64,000 nt of DNA from Octopus sinensis (Eukaryota): the NCBI RefSeq assembly GCF_006345805.1, contig NC_043013.1, forward strand, positions 14,632,001 through 14,696,000, in the 5' to 3' direction. The position numbers and the translations under genes were made by a program. Below, piece by piece: positions 1 through 12,249 of this stretch (its first letter is position 1; every line of letters starts with the position of its first letter). The notes beneath the pieces were generated by a model, which was not told where the DNA came from, searched no databases, and was given only the letters and a program-made list of their open reading frames with translations.

Positions 1-1257
1 TCAGAAAGAAGGAGTTAGAGCAGAGGTCAGCAAAGTGGCCAAAACTGACTGAACACTAGGGGATTACATGCTTATCCAAGGAATCGATAAACACCTGAAA
101 CAATTTTGAAAATTTAAAGGTGTGCATTATTAGCAAACTGAAGTCTGCTTCCCAACCACATGGTTCTGGGTTCAATCCCACTGTGCTGTACCTTAGGTGT
201 CTTCTACTGTAGCCTCAAGCCGACCAAAGCCTTGCGAATGGATTTCATCATTGTCCAGCGTCTGCCCTCCATGCTAGCATGGGTTGGACGGTTCAACTGG
301 GGTCTGGGAAGCCAGAAGGCTGCACCAGGCTCAGTCTGATCTGGCAATGTTTCTACGGCTGGTTGCCCTTCCTAACGCCAACCACTATTTGGTAGACAGA
401 AACTGAAAGAAGCACATTGTATGTATATCTACATACATCTATGTGCATGTGTGTCCTTTTGCCAGCGTTTGTATCCAACCATCACTTGGCAATTGGTGTT
501 GGTTTATTTATGTCCCCATAACTTAGCAGTTCGGCAAAAGAAACCAACAGAATAAGGACCAGGCTTAAAAATTAATAAGTACTAGGGTTGATTCCAGCTA
601 AAAACTCTTCAAAGCAGTGCCCCAGCATGGCTGCAGTCTAATGACTGAAACAAGTAAAAGATAAAAGAGATAGAAACCAAATCTGGAAGACTATGGGTAA
701 TTTAAGGCTAAAACTCACTAATTCCCAGCTAAATATTGGTTCCAAATTTTGGTACAAGACCAGCAATTTCAGAGGAAGGGGTAAGTCAATAATATTGACT
801 CCAATGTTTGACTGGTTCTTATTTTATCAACCCTGAGAGGATGAAAGGCAAAGTCAACCTCAGCAGAATTTGAACCTAGAATGTAGAAATGGATGAAATG
901 CTGTTAAGCATTTTGCCTGGCTCGTCAGTGATTCTGTCCAATCACTGCTTTTCCCCAGTTAATACTGATGCAATAACTGGTATTCACCAAACAAAAATGT
1001 TTCACACTAAATATTCCGACTATATCAATAGAATATGACTAAATTTTTGTTGTTCTCATTAAGAATTTTTTTTTAATTTTCATTAAATTTCTTTATATAT
1101 ATTTCTTATTAAAATGTGGTAATAACATGAAAGTATGAAAGAATTATTGTTTTTAAATCAAAAATTTTTTATTAATTATTCTTTTTCATTTTTTTTTTTT
1201 TAGAAATTTAAATAATGGGGGTTGATAAGTTATCAACAATTCCATGAAGGAGGAAGA

Positions 1258-1515
1258 AAAAGGTAAAGTTACCCTCTTGAATCATGCCAACTCATAAGGA
1301 CCGGTGTCCCGGTTTCCATGGAGTATAAATTCCCCACCTGGACAGGACACCAGTCCATCGCAGGATTATTCATTTTTGCCAGCTGAGTTGACTGGAACAA
1401 CGTAAAATGAAGTGTTTTGCTCAAGAACATAGTGCATCACCCAGCCCAAGAATTGAAACCACAATCTTACAATCATGAGTCCAACACCCTAACCACTAAG
1501 CCATGCGCCTCCACT
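1258..1515 (-). mobile_element. V-domain-like SINE, second copy
   Basis: Reverse complement contains cctgcgatggactggtgtcctgtccagg and a tggcttagtgg head. Confidence 0.65.
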
Positions 1516-2770
1516 ATGAAGGAGGAAGGTTCAATGATATAAGAAGTTTGCTAACCCCTGAGTGAGAAAAAGAGAAGACTTAACTGCAATACAGGACCAG
1601 TACTTGATTTATCAACTCCCAAAAGGATGAAAGGAGAAGTTGACCTCTTTAGGGTTTAAACTCAAAATACAGAGAGCCACATCGATTACCACAAAGCTAT
1701 CTAAAGACTCTGCCAAACCAGCTGCCCTTTTAACCAGACATCCAAGTCAAAGACAATATGAAGACATGAAGAAATTTTTCCTAAGAGGTTTTACTGTCTT
1801 TTATTGACAGTTTTCAATAGTTACAAATATATATATATACACACATAAACACATGTACACACACAATGGGCTTCCATGCACTGTCTACTAAATTTACTTA
1901 CAATGCTTTGTTTGGCCTACTACACTGGGACTGAACCCAAAACCAATAGTTTCAAAAACAACATTTTAACCATGCAGCCATGCTTACAACTACACACACA
2001 CACATATATACAGTTATTTCCAGGAGAATGTAAAAAATATATAAAAGGCACAGTCACTTTAAAATAATTCATGATACATAAAGACAACACAATATAAAAA
2101 TTTAAGTACAGCAATACTGGTTTTTACTCAAAAGTCTCAATTTAAAGAACAATATGAATATACCAAATAACTGTAACTATTCCACACAGCTTCTACCGTT
2201 ACTTTCAATGGAATATTTTCTTCTAAAAGGCTTAGTTTCTTTAACACCAACCAAAAAAAAAGCAGAAAAACCCATATTTGATAATATAAGAAACAACAGA
2301 ATAAGAAACAAAATGGCCGTTGTTAATTGGTAGTGATAAACTAAACAAATATATTTTGACCTGATTTTAAAAGCAGTTACAGTGAATATCTTGGCTGTTT
2401 ATTGTTCATTTTTACTTGTCTGAGGGTGTTTTATTTGTTTTGTGTTGTTTGTTTGTTTTGTTTTTCTACAAGTAATTGTAGTAGCTTTTATCAATTCCTT
2501 TAGCATTTTCCCCACCTTGAACAGAAGACAGAAAAATGAAGCATGAGATAGAGCAAGATAAAAGAAAAAAAAAGTGTGAAATGACAATGACAAAATAAGC
2601 AATAACAACAACAATGATAACTCTTTCTACTGTAGGTGTAGGGCCTGAAATTCTGGAGTGGGGGAGGCTAGTGGATTACATCAACTCTAGCATTCAACTG
2701 TTGCTTTCTTTTATCAACTCAGAAAAGATGAAAGTCAAAGTCAACCTTGGCAGAATTTGATCTCAGAACA

Positions 2771-2910
2771 TACGAGGGGATGCTGAAAAGTCCCTGGCTT
2801 TGGGTAAAAGAAAATACAGGAGGATCAGTTAATCATGATTTTATTCAAAATATTCGCCTCTCAGATTCACACATTTATTGCAGCAGCCCTTCAGCTTTAC
2901 TAAGGAGCTC
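2771..2910 (+). mobile_element. Mariner-type MITE/terminal fragment
   Basis: Begins TA-CGAGGGGATGCTGAAAAGT, resembling a mariner TIR. Confidence 0.45.
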
Positions 2911-2912
2911 GG

Positions 2913-3355
2913 GTTCGAAAGATTGACCGTTATGTAAACCTCCTTGAGAAATGTGAAGATGCAGGCTGGAAAGCAGAGCATTTTCCAATCAAAGTTGGAT
3001 GTAGAGGGTTTTTTGGACACAGTGTGAGACAACTGTTGTTATTGTTAGGCCTAACTCATCGTAAAGTCAATACCATCATGACCGATATCCAAACTACAGT
3101 GTGGAAGGCTAGCCACTGGATTTGGTTAAAAAGAGACGATGAGCGATGGCTAGAAGAATATCGAACCTTATTTGATAACCAGTTGATCTAGCAAGCAGGG
3201 CCTCATATCAGTGGGGGGGAGCAGTGCGCATTGATGCCATTGAGAGGTAGGCCCCGAAACGGCGCGCATTCTCTTCTGATGACCCCATACACTTGCTGGC
3301 TTCCAGTATGCAGAGTTTTTGACTGGTAGCACTTGCACGTGCAAGTTGTTTACAA
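2913..3355 (+). mobile_element. HERO-like (restriction-like endonuclease) non-LTR retrotransposon, 3' fragment with 3'UTR
   Basis: Open frame 2913-3191: RKIDRYVNLLEKCEDAGWKAEHFPIKVGCRGFFGHSVRQLL...KASHWIWLKRDD. The GW..P.EVGCRGF and ASxWIWxKR motifs are typical of the HERO clade. Confidence 0.75.
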
Positions 3356-3658
3356 GACATTCACCCCTCAGACTCACATTTATTGCAGCAGTAGTACGCA
3401 CCAGGGATTTTGACCTTTAAATTTTTGGGAAAAAATGCAGAGTATACTCGAGGATTTACGGTAATTAAAGGAAAAAGGAACACTTCTGAAACATATTAAA
3501 CCCCATCAGGACTGGCAAGGGACTAAACGACAACAGCAAAGAAGATCACATTAAATAATGTAGATCTTTTGCTTCAGATATACTGTGATTGATCCATCAG
3601 GGTTATGACCTGGGGTTAAACAACAAAAGCATATTAGAAAGAAGTGAAAGTTACTTAC

Positions 3659-3741
3659 CAATTGGTCATCTGTGTTTTTGTTCAATATAATTTTGTTGAC
3701 CAGTACACCATTAAAGATGTTTGGGTCAGATTCAATACTAC
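3659..3741 (-). CDS. Candidate internal exon of an unidentified minus-strand gene
   Basis: Acceptor tttgttaatttcag, consensus donor TTG|gtaagt; the only open frame is (G)SIESDPNIFNGVLVNKIILNKNTDDQL; product not recognised. Confidence 0.4.
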
Positions 3742-4699
3742 CTGAAATTAACAAATATAAAACGAAATAAATTTCAATTTCAAACAATCACTTTTTGGAC
3801 AAATCCTCTTTTCAGGAATTAGAAAATTTTCAGACTATTTCTTGACATTTTGTCAGTTACGATGATGAGGGTTCCAGTTGATGTTGATCTGATCAACAGA
3901 ACAGCAGGCTTATGAAATTAATGACCATGTGGCTGAGCACTTTACAGACACATGTACCCTTCATGTAGTTCTCAGGGAGATTCAGTGTGACACAGAGTGT
4001 GAAACGCTGGCCCTTTGAAATACAGGTACAACTTATATTTGCCAGCTGAATGGATTGGAGCAACATGAAATAAAATGTCTAGCTCAAGGACACAACGTGT
4101 CGCTGGGAATTGAACTCAAAACCTTGCAATCATAAACTAAATACCCTAACCACTAAGCCACACATCTTCACAGACTATTTATTAAACCTTAGTAATAACC
4201 AACCTGCTTCGAATCATTTTTAGACAAAATACCTCCTTGACTATAAGGTGTTTAGATTTAACCCTTTCCAAACCAATCTACTCAAAACCATCTTTGATAT
4301 AAAATTACGATTTTAAAGTGATCTAAATAATAATTACTCCTCAAAACTCCATGTTAATTAATGTTCAAATCCTGCTTGATAATAAAAAAAGTCGTTCTTC
4401 TAAATAATTCTGAGTGGATTTGGCAGACAGAAAATGAAAGAAACCCATCGCGTGCACACGCGCACGCGTGTGTGTGTGTGTGTGTGTGTGTGTTTGTCCT
4501 CCATTATCACTTGACAAGCAATATTGGTGTGTTTATATCTCAGTAACATAGCAGTTTGACAAAAGAGACCAATAGAATAATTAGCAGACTTCAACAAAAA
4601 GTGCTGGGGTCATTCAACTAATAATCCTTCAAGGTGGTGTCCAAGCATGACTGCAGTCTAATGACAGAAACAAGTAAAGGATAAAAGATACACACACAT

Positions 4700-4760
<61 letters not shown>

Positions 4761-5893
4761 TATGCACACAGACACACCATATACACACACATACAAAGAC
4801 ACATATATATATACACATATTCATATACATATACAAACATACACACTCATATATATACACATACACACACACATATACACACACACACACTCATATATAT
4901 ACACACATACATGTCGTGTGTGTGTGTGTGTTGTCCCCAGTCACCACTTGACAACTGGTATTGGTTGTGTTTATATCCCTGTAACTTAGTAGTTCACCAA
5001 AGAAATTGATAGAATAAGTACCAGGTTTAAAAAAAAGAAAAATAAGCACTGAGATCAATTCATTTGACTAAAAATTCTCCAAGGTGCTGCCCCAGCATTG
5101 CCACAGTCTAATGACTGAAACAAGTAAAAGGTAAAAGATACACACACACACACAACAGACCTCTTTCAGTTCTTGTCTACCAAACCCACTCACAAGGCTT
5201 TGGTTAGCCCAGGGTTAAAGAAACAACACTTGCTCAAGGTGCCATGCAGAGGGACTGAACCCTTGAACAAATGGTTTGGAAGCAAGCTTTTTAATATACC
5301 CACACCTGCAGTTGTAAGTATTATAAATATACACTCTAATGATGAGGTTAATAGTCTGGATAATTATAATCTTATTAACGAGCCATTTCAGTCATCTAAT
5401 CATCTAGCAACATAATTAAGACACATGATGATGACAACAGATCAAATACATCAGAAATATAATGGAGATGATATTAATAATTTAAATACACTACTTAAAT
5501 ATTGTAGATTATGCACACTGAAGACAAAGTTGATATGTCCAGATAATTATAATATTAATATTTTGGATATTTAATTAACGAATGGTGAACTACAACAGTT
5601 TATGATGAACAGTTATCAAACAGATCAAAGTGTGGTTTAAGATACATACTGCAAATTACACTCTAAGTATCATAAAATGTATACTCTACAGATGAGATTA
5701 ATTAAAACTGTATAATTAAACTCTCTATAACAACAACTCATTTACAACATTTAATCAATTATTGATATAAATATGAGACCTGAGATTGATTTGATCAAAA
5801 TCCAATATGGATACATATAAAGGCTACAAATACATATTCTAAATATTGTAGATATATACACAAACAGTGAAGCTGATAGCCTGAAAATTATAT

Positions 5894-5938
<45 letters not shown>

Positions 5939-6021
5939 GGTCCCGGGTTGAGTCGGGGTTAACCACAGTAAATAAGGTACTCAATACATAGCAGAGTAAA
6001 TTAATTTATTTTATAGAAGGA

Positions 6022-6070
6022 GCTTCTACAGGACTAGAACTGTTTCATTCAAAAGAAATCATCAGGAAGC
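6022..6070 (-). ncRNA. Type I hammerhead ribozyme motif, family A (antisense arm of the palindrome)
   Basis: Exact reverse complement of 6069-6117. Confidence 0.8.
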
Positions 6071-6117
6071 TTCCTGATGATTTCTTTTGAATGAAACAGT
6101 TCTAGTCCTGTAGAAGC
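6069..6117 (+). ncRNA. Type I hammerhead ribozyme motif, family A
   Basis: Stem I gcttc/gaagc; core CTGATGA (6074-6080); short stem II ttc/gaa closed by U-U; GAAA (6093-6096); stem III cag/ctg; cleavage triplet GUA (predicted cut after 6112). Confidence 0.8.
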
Positions 6118-6152
6118 TCCTTCTATGAAATAAATATATATATATATATATA

Positions 6153-6540
6153 GGCATAGGAGTGGCTGTGTGGTAAGTAGCTTGCTTACCAGCCACATGG
6201 TTCCAGGTTCAGTCCCACTGCGTGGCACCTTCAGCATGTGTCTTCTACTATAGCCTCGGGCCTTATGAGTGGATTTGGTAGATGGAAACTGAAAGAAGCC
6301 CGTCATATATATATATATATATATGCATATATATGTGTGTCTGTCTGTGTGTTTGTCCCCCAACATTGCTTGACAACCGATGTTGGTGTGTTTACGTCCC
6401 TGTAACTTAGCGGTTTGGCAAAACTGACCTATAGAATAAGTACTAGGCTTACAAAGAATAAGTTCTGGGGTCAATTTGCTCGACTAAAGGCAGTGCTCCA
6501 GCATGGCCACAGTAAAATGACTGAAACAAGTAAAAGAGTA
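6153..6540 (+). mobile_element. tRNA-derived SINE family S1 (further copies or fragments at about 135-668, 4420-5310, 26995-27840, 31250-31735, 45415-45855, 59680-60065, 63680-63840)
   Basis: Head tggctgtgtggtaag...ggttcagtccc (A/B-box-like), an internal (TA)n/(TG)n tract and a conserved body ending gactgaaacaagtaaaagag. Confidence 0.8.
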
Positions 6541-6583
6541 AATATATATATATATATGTATGTAAATGTATGTGTATACATAC

Positions 6584-6636
<53 letters not shown>

Positions 6637-6731
6637 CATATACATACATACATATATACATACATATATATATATACATACATATATACATATATATATA
6701 CATACATATATACATACATATACATACATAC

Positions 6732-6762
<31 letters not shown>

Positions 6763-6986
6763 CATACATTTATACATACATGTGTATATATATATATATG
6801 TATATTTATATAGACATACATATATATATATCTATATATATATACATGGCCTGCTCGCTTCGCCAGTGGGGTGGCATCATTTGAAGGCTAAAACAATGAG
6901 TAGCGCATTGTGACCAGCAATGTGTAGCAACATCTGATAGCCTGGTCGATCACGTGATATATACACATACATACACATATATATAT

Positions 6987-7019
<33 letters not shown>

Positions 7020-7046
7020 AATATATACATACACATACATACATAC

Positions 7047-7102
<56 letters not shown>

Positions 7103-7135
7103 TATACGCTAAGTAACGATGATGATATATATATA
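6541..7135. repeat. (TA)n/(TACA)n compound microsatellites (similar tracts at about 4690-4930, 7720-7865, 27480-27685, 31735-31960)
   Basis: Directly visible. Confidence 0.95.
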
Positions 7136-8802
7136 ACATAAGTTTTTTCTTCAGTTTGTCTACTAATAACACTCCCAAAGCTTTGGTTGGTCCAGGGCTC
7201 CAGTAGGAGACTTGCCCATCGTACCATGGAGTGGGACTGAACCTAGAACAATGTGGTTGGGAAGCAAACCTTTTAACCATGCTTCCTTCCATCACTTTTA
7301 AGACACTGAGGTGTGATTTCAGAAGAATTTAAATGCTATTTCCCTTGAATCAAACAAATGGCATATATACAGAGACTCCTTCTTCGAGTACTTCAAGACA
7401 ATAAAACTTTGTAGAAATTATAAGATACAGAAATAAAAGATTAGTTTTTTTTCTTTCACATCAGTTGCCATTATGCTTTATGAATATATAATAACTTCCT
7501 ATTTACGTACAAGGCCACAGATTTGAGAGGGAGAAAGATGGTGGGATAGAGAGGTGTATGTGTAAATATATTGTGCGTGTGCGTGTATATTACATATAAA
7601 TATATATGTACAATATACACACACACACACATATACACTCATATATGGAAGGAGTGGGATAAGTATAGACATAAAGATAGATTATAAGTACATATCCACA
7701 AGAATAATATATCTACATATATACATATATGTATGTGTATATGTGTGTATGTATGTATGTATGTATGTATGTATGTATGTATGTATGTATGTATGTATGT
7801 GTGTATGTATGGATGTATGTATGTATGTAAGTAAGTATGTATGTGTGTATGTATGTATGTATGTGTAGGCATGGCTGAATGGGTAAGAAGTTTGCTTCCC
7901 AATCAGAAGGTTTTGGGTTCAATCTCATTGCTGGGCACTTGGGAAGCATCTTCTACTCCAGACTCATGCTAGACACAAGGCCAGTGAGTAAATTTTGGTA
8001 GACACAAACTGAGAGAAGCCCATATGTGCATGTATGTATGTGTATGTGTATATATGTATGTGTAAATAGGTGCCACCTTTTCTTCACATTGATGATAATG
8101 GTAAATGATTGTCGCTGACATACGAGAAGTGTCATTTATTTCCAATATTCAGTGAGTATATGTCTGCCTCTGGGGATATATTACCTTGCTTATAGACAGG
8201 TGAGGGTTGGCGATTGTGAGGGCGTCTAGCCATAGAAAATCTGTATCAATGAACTCTGTCCAACCCATGCAAGCATGAAACAGTGGACTTTTAAAAACAG
8301 TGACGATATATACAATATATATACATGATGATGGCTACAACTCAATTTCAAATAATATCATCACTTGATTGGATATTCAGTCCTGCTTGGGATCTATTCG
8401 TTTGCATATATGTGGCAATGTTGGGTGCCTCTTGCAGGTGTTCAGAGAGTTACCACCCATACTGACCATAATTTTCTATTGAGTGGTTTGTCTTTTTCAG
8501 CTACAGCTAGCTATAGAAGGCAACTTATAATAGAGATGTTAAAAATCAAGTGATACCAAAAGCTTTTTTAACCTTTTAGCATTCACATTATTCTGTCAAG
8601 TGTAATGCTTATTTAGTCACGTTGTTTTGAATTAATCATGCATTTTTTTTTTTTTTTTTGTAGCTATGAGATTTTGATGAGACAACTTAGTTTTTTTAGA
8701 ATGACAGTGTAGGGTTGGTGCAAGAAACCAGATCTGACCAGTTTGAACATAAAACAGGTAGAATATTTGGGTCAGAAATGGCCAGTTTAGATGCTCAGGA
8801 AT

Positions 8803-9030
8803 TTAACCCTTTTGTTATTGTATTTATTTTAAGATGCACTATGTTTCTTTCAATTATTTTAAATATAACAAAGAATTTAGTAAAATAACTTAGTTATCAT
8901 TCAGCTAGTGTTAGGAACATAAAATGTGACTAAGGTTTGGTGGAAGATTTTAATTCAAATCTTATGAAAACAAGACATTTGTACTCTGAGCCAGAGCTGG
9001 TTTCAGCCAGGTTGGTATTGAAAGGGTTAA
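8803..9030. mobile_element. piggyBac-type MITE
   Basis: TTAA-CCCTT...AAGGG-TTAA ends; homologous inverted copy at 51087-51316. Confidence 0.8.
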
Positions 9031-9559
9031 AGCAGTGAAAGGCTTTGCACAGGACCAATCCCACACTGTAAACAATATATATATTTTTGGAGAAGGAAGA
9101 ACAAGTCTACATCATCCAATGCAAATGAAATTGCAGAGGTTACATCACAGTTTCCATTTCCTAGAGGGATGTCTAAACAAAGACAAGGAGTATCTCACTC
9201 CCAGCTGACTCTATTGAGTTCAGCCACTCTTTGACAGGGTTCATTTTTTTTTTGTCCTTGTGTCCAGTGTAAACCACCCTTGTTACCAAGCAAGCTTGGT
9301 AGAGTTGCTAGTTTAGTCACCAATAGCCTGACCATGTGACAGGTCGTACAGGGTCACATGTCACCAGCAGTACTAAGAATGATAAGAGCAACCTGACACA
9401 TATAGTCACACGCATTTACAACCATTCTGTTCTTAAATACATATATATGGAGAGAGAGAGCAAGAAAGAGAGAGTGAGACTACATGTCTGTATGTATGTG
9501 TGCATGTGCATGTATGTGTGTCTGTATCATTTTTTCTCTCCTTGTTTTTTTCTGAGTCC

Positions 9560-9595
9560 CTTTCTGTAGAAGAGCGTAGGCTCGAAACGTAAAAG
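9560..9595 (+). ncRNA. Hammerhead-like variant, family D (core CUGUAGA, A6U)
   Basis: cttt CTGTAGA a gagc gtag gctc GAAA cg TA aaag: stem I cttt/aaag, 4-bp stem II, palindromic minimal stem III (acgt). Confidence 0.55.
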
Positions 9596-9897
9596 ACTTT
9601 TTCTATTCCTGAGCGTTGTACTAATACATCTGTTTGTTTTGTACACCACCTGTCTTCGTCTTTTGGGTTTTTTTTCATAAACTCTCCCTATATAAAAGAC
9701 AGGTAGATATTTGGAGAGAGAATGTTGAGTCATTGTGGTGATAGACAACCAGCTGACTTATCAGGTACTCTATCGCTTTTATCACCTGTACTGTAATGGC
9801 AGTGACCATGATGTGTTATTCCCAAGCAGCTCAGTCCACTTAGCTGTAAATAAGTACTCCAACACCAGAAACAAGCTGTTGCTGCAATTGTTTAGAA

Positions 9898-10116
9898 CAG
9901 TGGTTTTCAACCAGGGTTCCGTAGAACCTTAGGGTTCTGTCAGTACAGTCCAGGGGTTCCGCACGAAGTTACAAAACTGCTAAAGTCGGCAGTAATTTTA
10001 AATTTTCCTGTGCAGATATGTGTGCATAAGACTATTAAATTATTGCACAGGGCTTCCCAGAGCCAGTGGAATGTTTCCTTGGGGTTCCGCTCCAGCAAAA
10101 AGTTTGAAAAGCACTG
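9898..10116. mobile_element. hAT (Charlie-like) MITE
   Basis: TIRs CAGTGGTTTTCAA / TTGAAAAGCACTG; perfect 8-bp TSD gtttagaa (9890-9897, 10117-10124). Confidence 0.88.
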
Positions 10117-11279
10117 GTTTAGAATCAAGTCAAGTCTAACTGGTTAATGACATACTAACACTGACCATCTTGGTAGCAGAAATAACAGCTAAATCTCTCT
10201 GAAGTCACACCCAACTCCCTTATAAAAGACAGACAGATTAATTGCACAATGTAACCCTAGAAATGCTACGCCTGAAAAACATGGGATGGTCAAAGATGGA
10301 ATGTCTCTTGTCAGAGATCAGCTAGATCAGAGTTGACCTTGGAAAAAAACAAACCACCAGCCCACACACACACACACACACAATCTGATTCCTTATTTTC
10401 TGAGACAATAATTTCAGACATTTTACATGAAATGAATACCAGTGAATCTCTATCATCATCATCATCATTACCAACATGAGTCAACAAGAGAACCATTACA
10501 TGGTCATCAGATCTACTAGAAATAAAAGCTGAGTCTTTCTCAAGTTACACCCAACTAGTCAGAAAAAAAAAGGAAAGGTATGTTAGATAATGTAACCCTA
10601 TATATGCTACATTTTAAAATACAATGGGATGTCACAGATGGAGTGTCTCTTATCGGATTTTTGCAAGATCAGTGTTGATCTTGGACTAAACAACATACAA
10701 ACACACACACACACACACACATGCACATACATCTCCCAAGAGACCACAAAGTTTTTTCGTCTTTTTTAATATCAGAGGGAATGTGAGGTGAATCTATCTG
10801 TAAGGTTTTTACAGGTGGAATGTCTCTTGTCAGAGGACTGCAGGACAATTGTTGGCCTTGGACTAAACAAGAACCACCACACACACACTTCCCAAGTGCC
10901 CACAATGTTTGTTTTTAAATATCAGAGGCGATGTACCAGATAAAGTCAGTGAATCAAATCTATCGGTAGATTTTCTTACATTACTCACACCTTACTATGC
11001 AGGTAACGTAACCTCTTTTAATTGTATGTTGTCAGTCAGTCAGTAACAAGTTACATGAACAAAGTTAAATAGAACATGACGGGGCTATAATAGACTAACA
11101 GTGTTGCTCTACTACAAAGTTAGTATAAGTGGTGTTACAGACCACAATGATCTTATATAACAAGCGTGTGCTGAGACAGTGTGAATTTACTGTGTGATAC
11201 TGAATGGTGTTAGCTTTATTAGATCAGTGCTTGTCATAACAGGAGGTAGGCAGAACCCTTGAGGTGTTTTTGAGAGGAC

Positions 11280-11830
11280 TGGCTTCTGTGCTGGTGGCAC
11301 ATAAAAAGCACCAACCGATCGTGGTCGTTGCCAGCCTACCCTGGCACCTAAAAAGTACCAACCGATAGTGGCCGATGCCAGTGCCGCCTTGACTGGCTTC
11401 CGTGTCAGTGGCATGTAAAAACCACCAGCCGATCGTGGCCGTTGCCAGCCTCCCCGTGGCACGTAAAAAGCACCAACCGATCGTGGCCATTGCCAGCCTC
11501 CCCTGGCACCTGTGCCGGTGGCACGTAAAAAGCACCATCCGTACGTGGTCGATGCCAGCACCACTTTGACTGGCTTCCGTGCCAGTGGCACGTAAAAATC
11601 ACCAACCGATCGTGGCTGTCTTCAGCCACCCCTGGGACCTGTGCTGGTGGCACGTAAAAAGCACCCACTACACTCATGGAGTGGTTGGCGTTAGGAAGGG
11701 CATCCAGCTGTAGAAACACTGCCTGATCAGACTGGTGCCTGGTGCAGCCTTCTGGCTTCCCAGACCCCAGTCGAACCGTCCAACCCATGCTAGCATGGAA
11801 AACGGACATTAAACGATGATGATGATGATG
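11280..11830 (+). mobile_element. SINE family S4 (Meta-domain-like core, internal variable tandem repeat, (GAT)n tail); copies at about 246-386, 12445-12824, 16672-16925, 27305-27478, 31024-31238, 34448-34815, 36452-36870, 43350-43681, 60850-61135, 62575-62765
   Basis: Core tggttggcgttaggaagggcatccagctgtagaaac; 3' end ccgtccaacccatgctagcatggaaa..cggacgttaaacgatgatgat; repeated gcacgtaaaaagcacc units. The resemblance to the Meta domain is from recall. Confidence 0.75.
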
Positions 11831-11854
11831 AAAAGGGAGGGAGATAAATTGCTA

Positions 11855-12155
11855 TCATTTTCTATAATGATCGTAAGGTCATGAGTTTGATTCTTGGTGG
11901 TGCACTGTGTGCTTGAGCAAGATGCTTTATTTCATATTGCTCCAGTCTACTCAACTGGCAAAAGTGAGTAGTACCTGTAATTCAAAGGGGCAACCTTGTC
12001 ACATTCTGTGTCGTGCTGAATATCCCTGAGAACCAAGTCAAAGGGACACGTGTCTGTGGAGTGCACAGCCACTTACACGTTAATTTCACAAGCAGACTGT
12101 TCTGTTGATCAGATCAACTGGAACCCTTGTCATCATAACCAATGGAGTGCCAGTG
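11855..12155 (+). mobile_element. tRNA-derived SINE family S3 (other copies at about 3855-4170 -, 30780-30990 -, 33610-33915 +, 35170-35540 -)
   Basis: Shared body ctccagtccactcagctggcaaaaatgagtagtacctg...gatcaactggaaccc. Confidence 0.75.
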
Positions 12156-12249
12156 TGTGTTGTATATTTCTCATACAGAGAAACTAAGGAACTTCAGGTT
12201 GTGCAGGAATGTCAAACAGTAGCAGGTTGTGTTGGCAAGTTGGAGTGGG

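Larger units (their letters stand above)
5935..6135. mobile_element. Penelope-like terminal-repeat fragment (family A) with an inverted duplication, inserted in (TA)n
   Basis: Carries hammerheads and has an inverted terminal architecture; it shares the (TA)n-tgtaggtcccggg end with 21358. No RT or GIY-YIG ORF is present, so the PLE assignment is inferred. Confidence 0.6.

Noticed and set aside
6153-6230. tRNA-like A/B boxes in many repeats
   Set aside because: They are SINE heads with no complete cloverleaf; no tRNA gene is supported.
11310-11665. Regularly spaced gcacgtaaaaagcacc repeats resembling a CRISPR array
   Set aside because: The spacers are mutually homologous; this is the internal tandem repeat of a SINE in eukaryotic DNA, with no cas genes.
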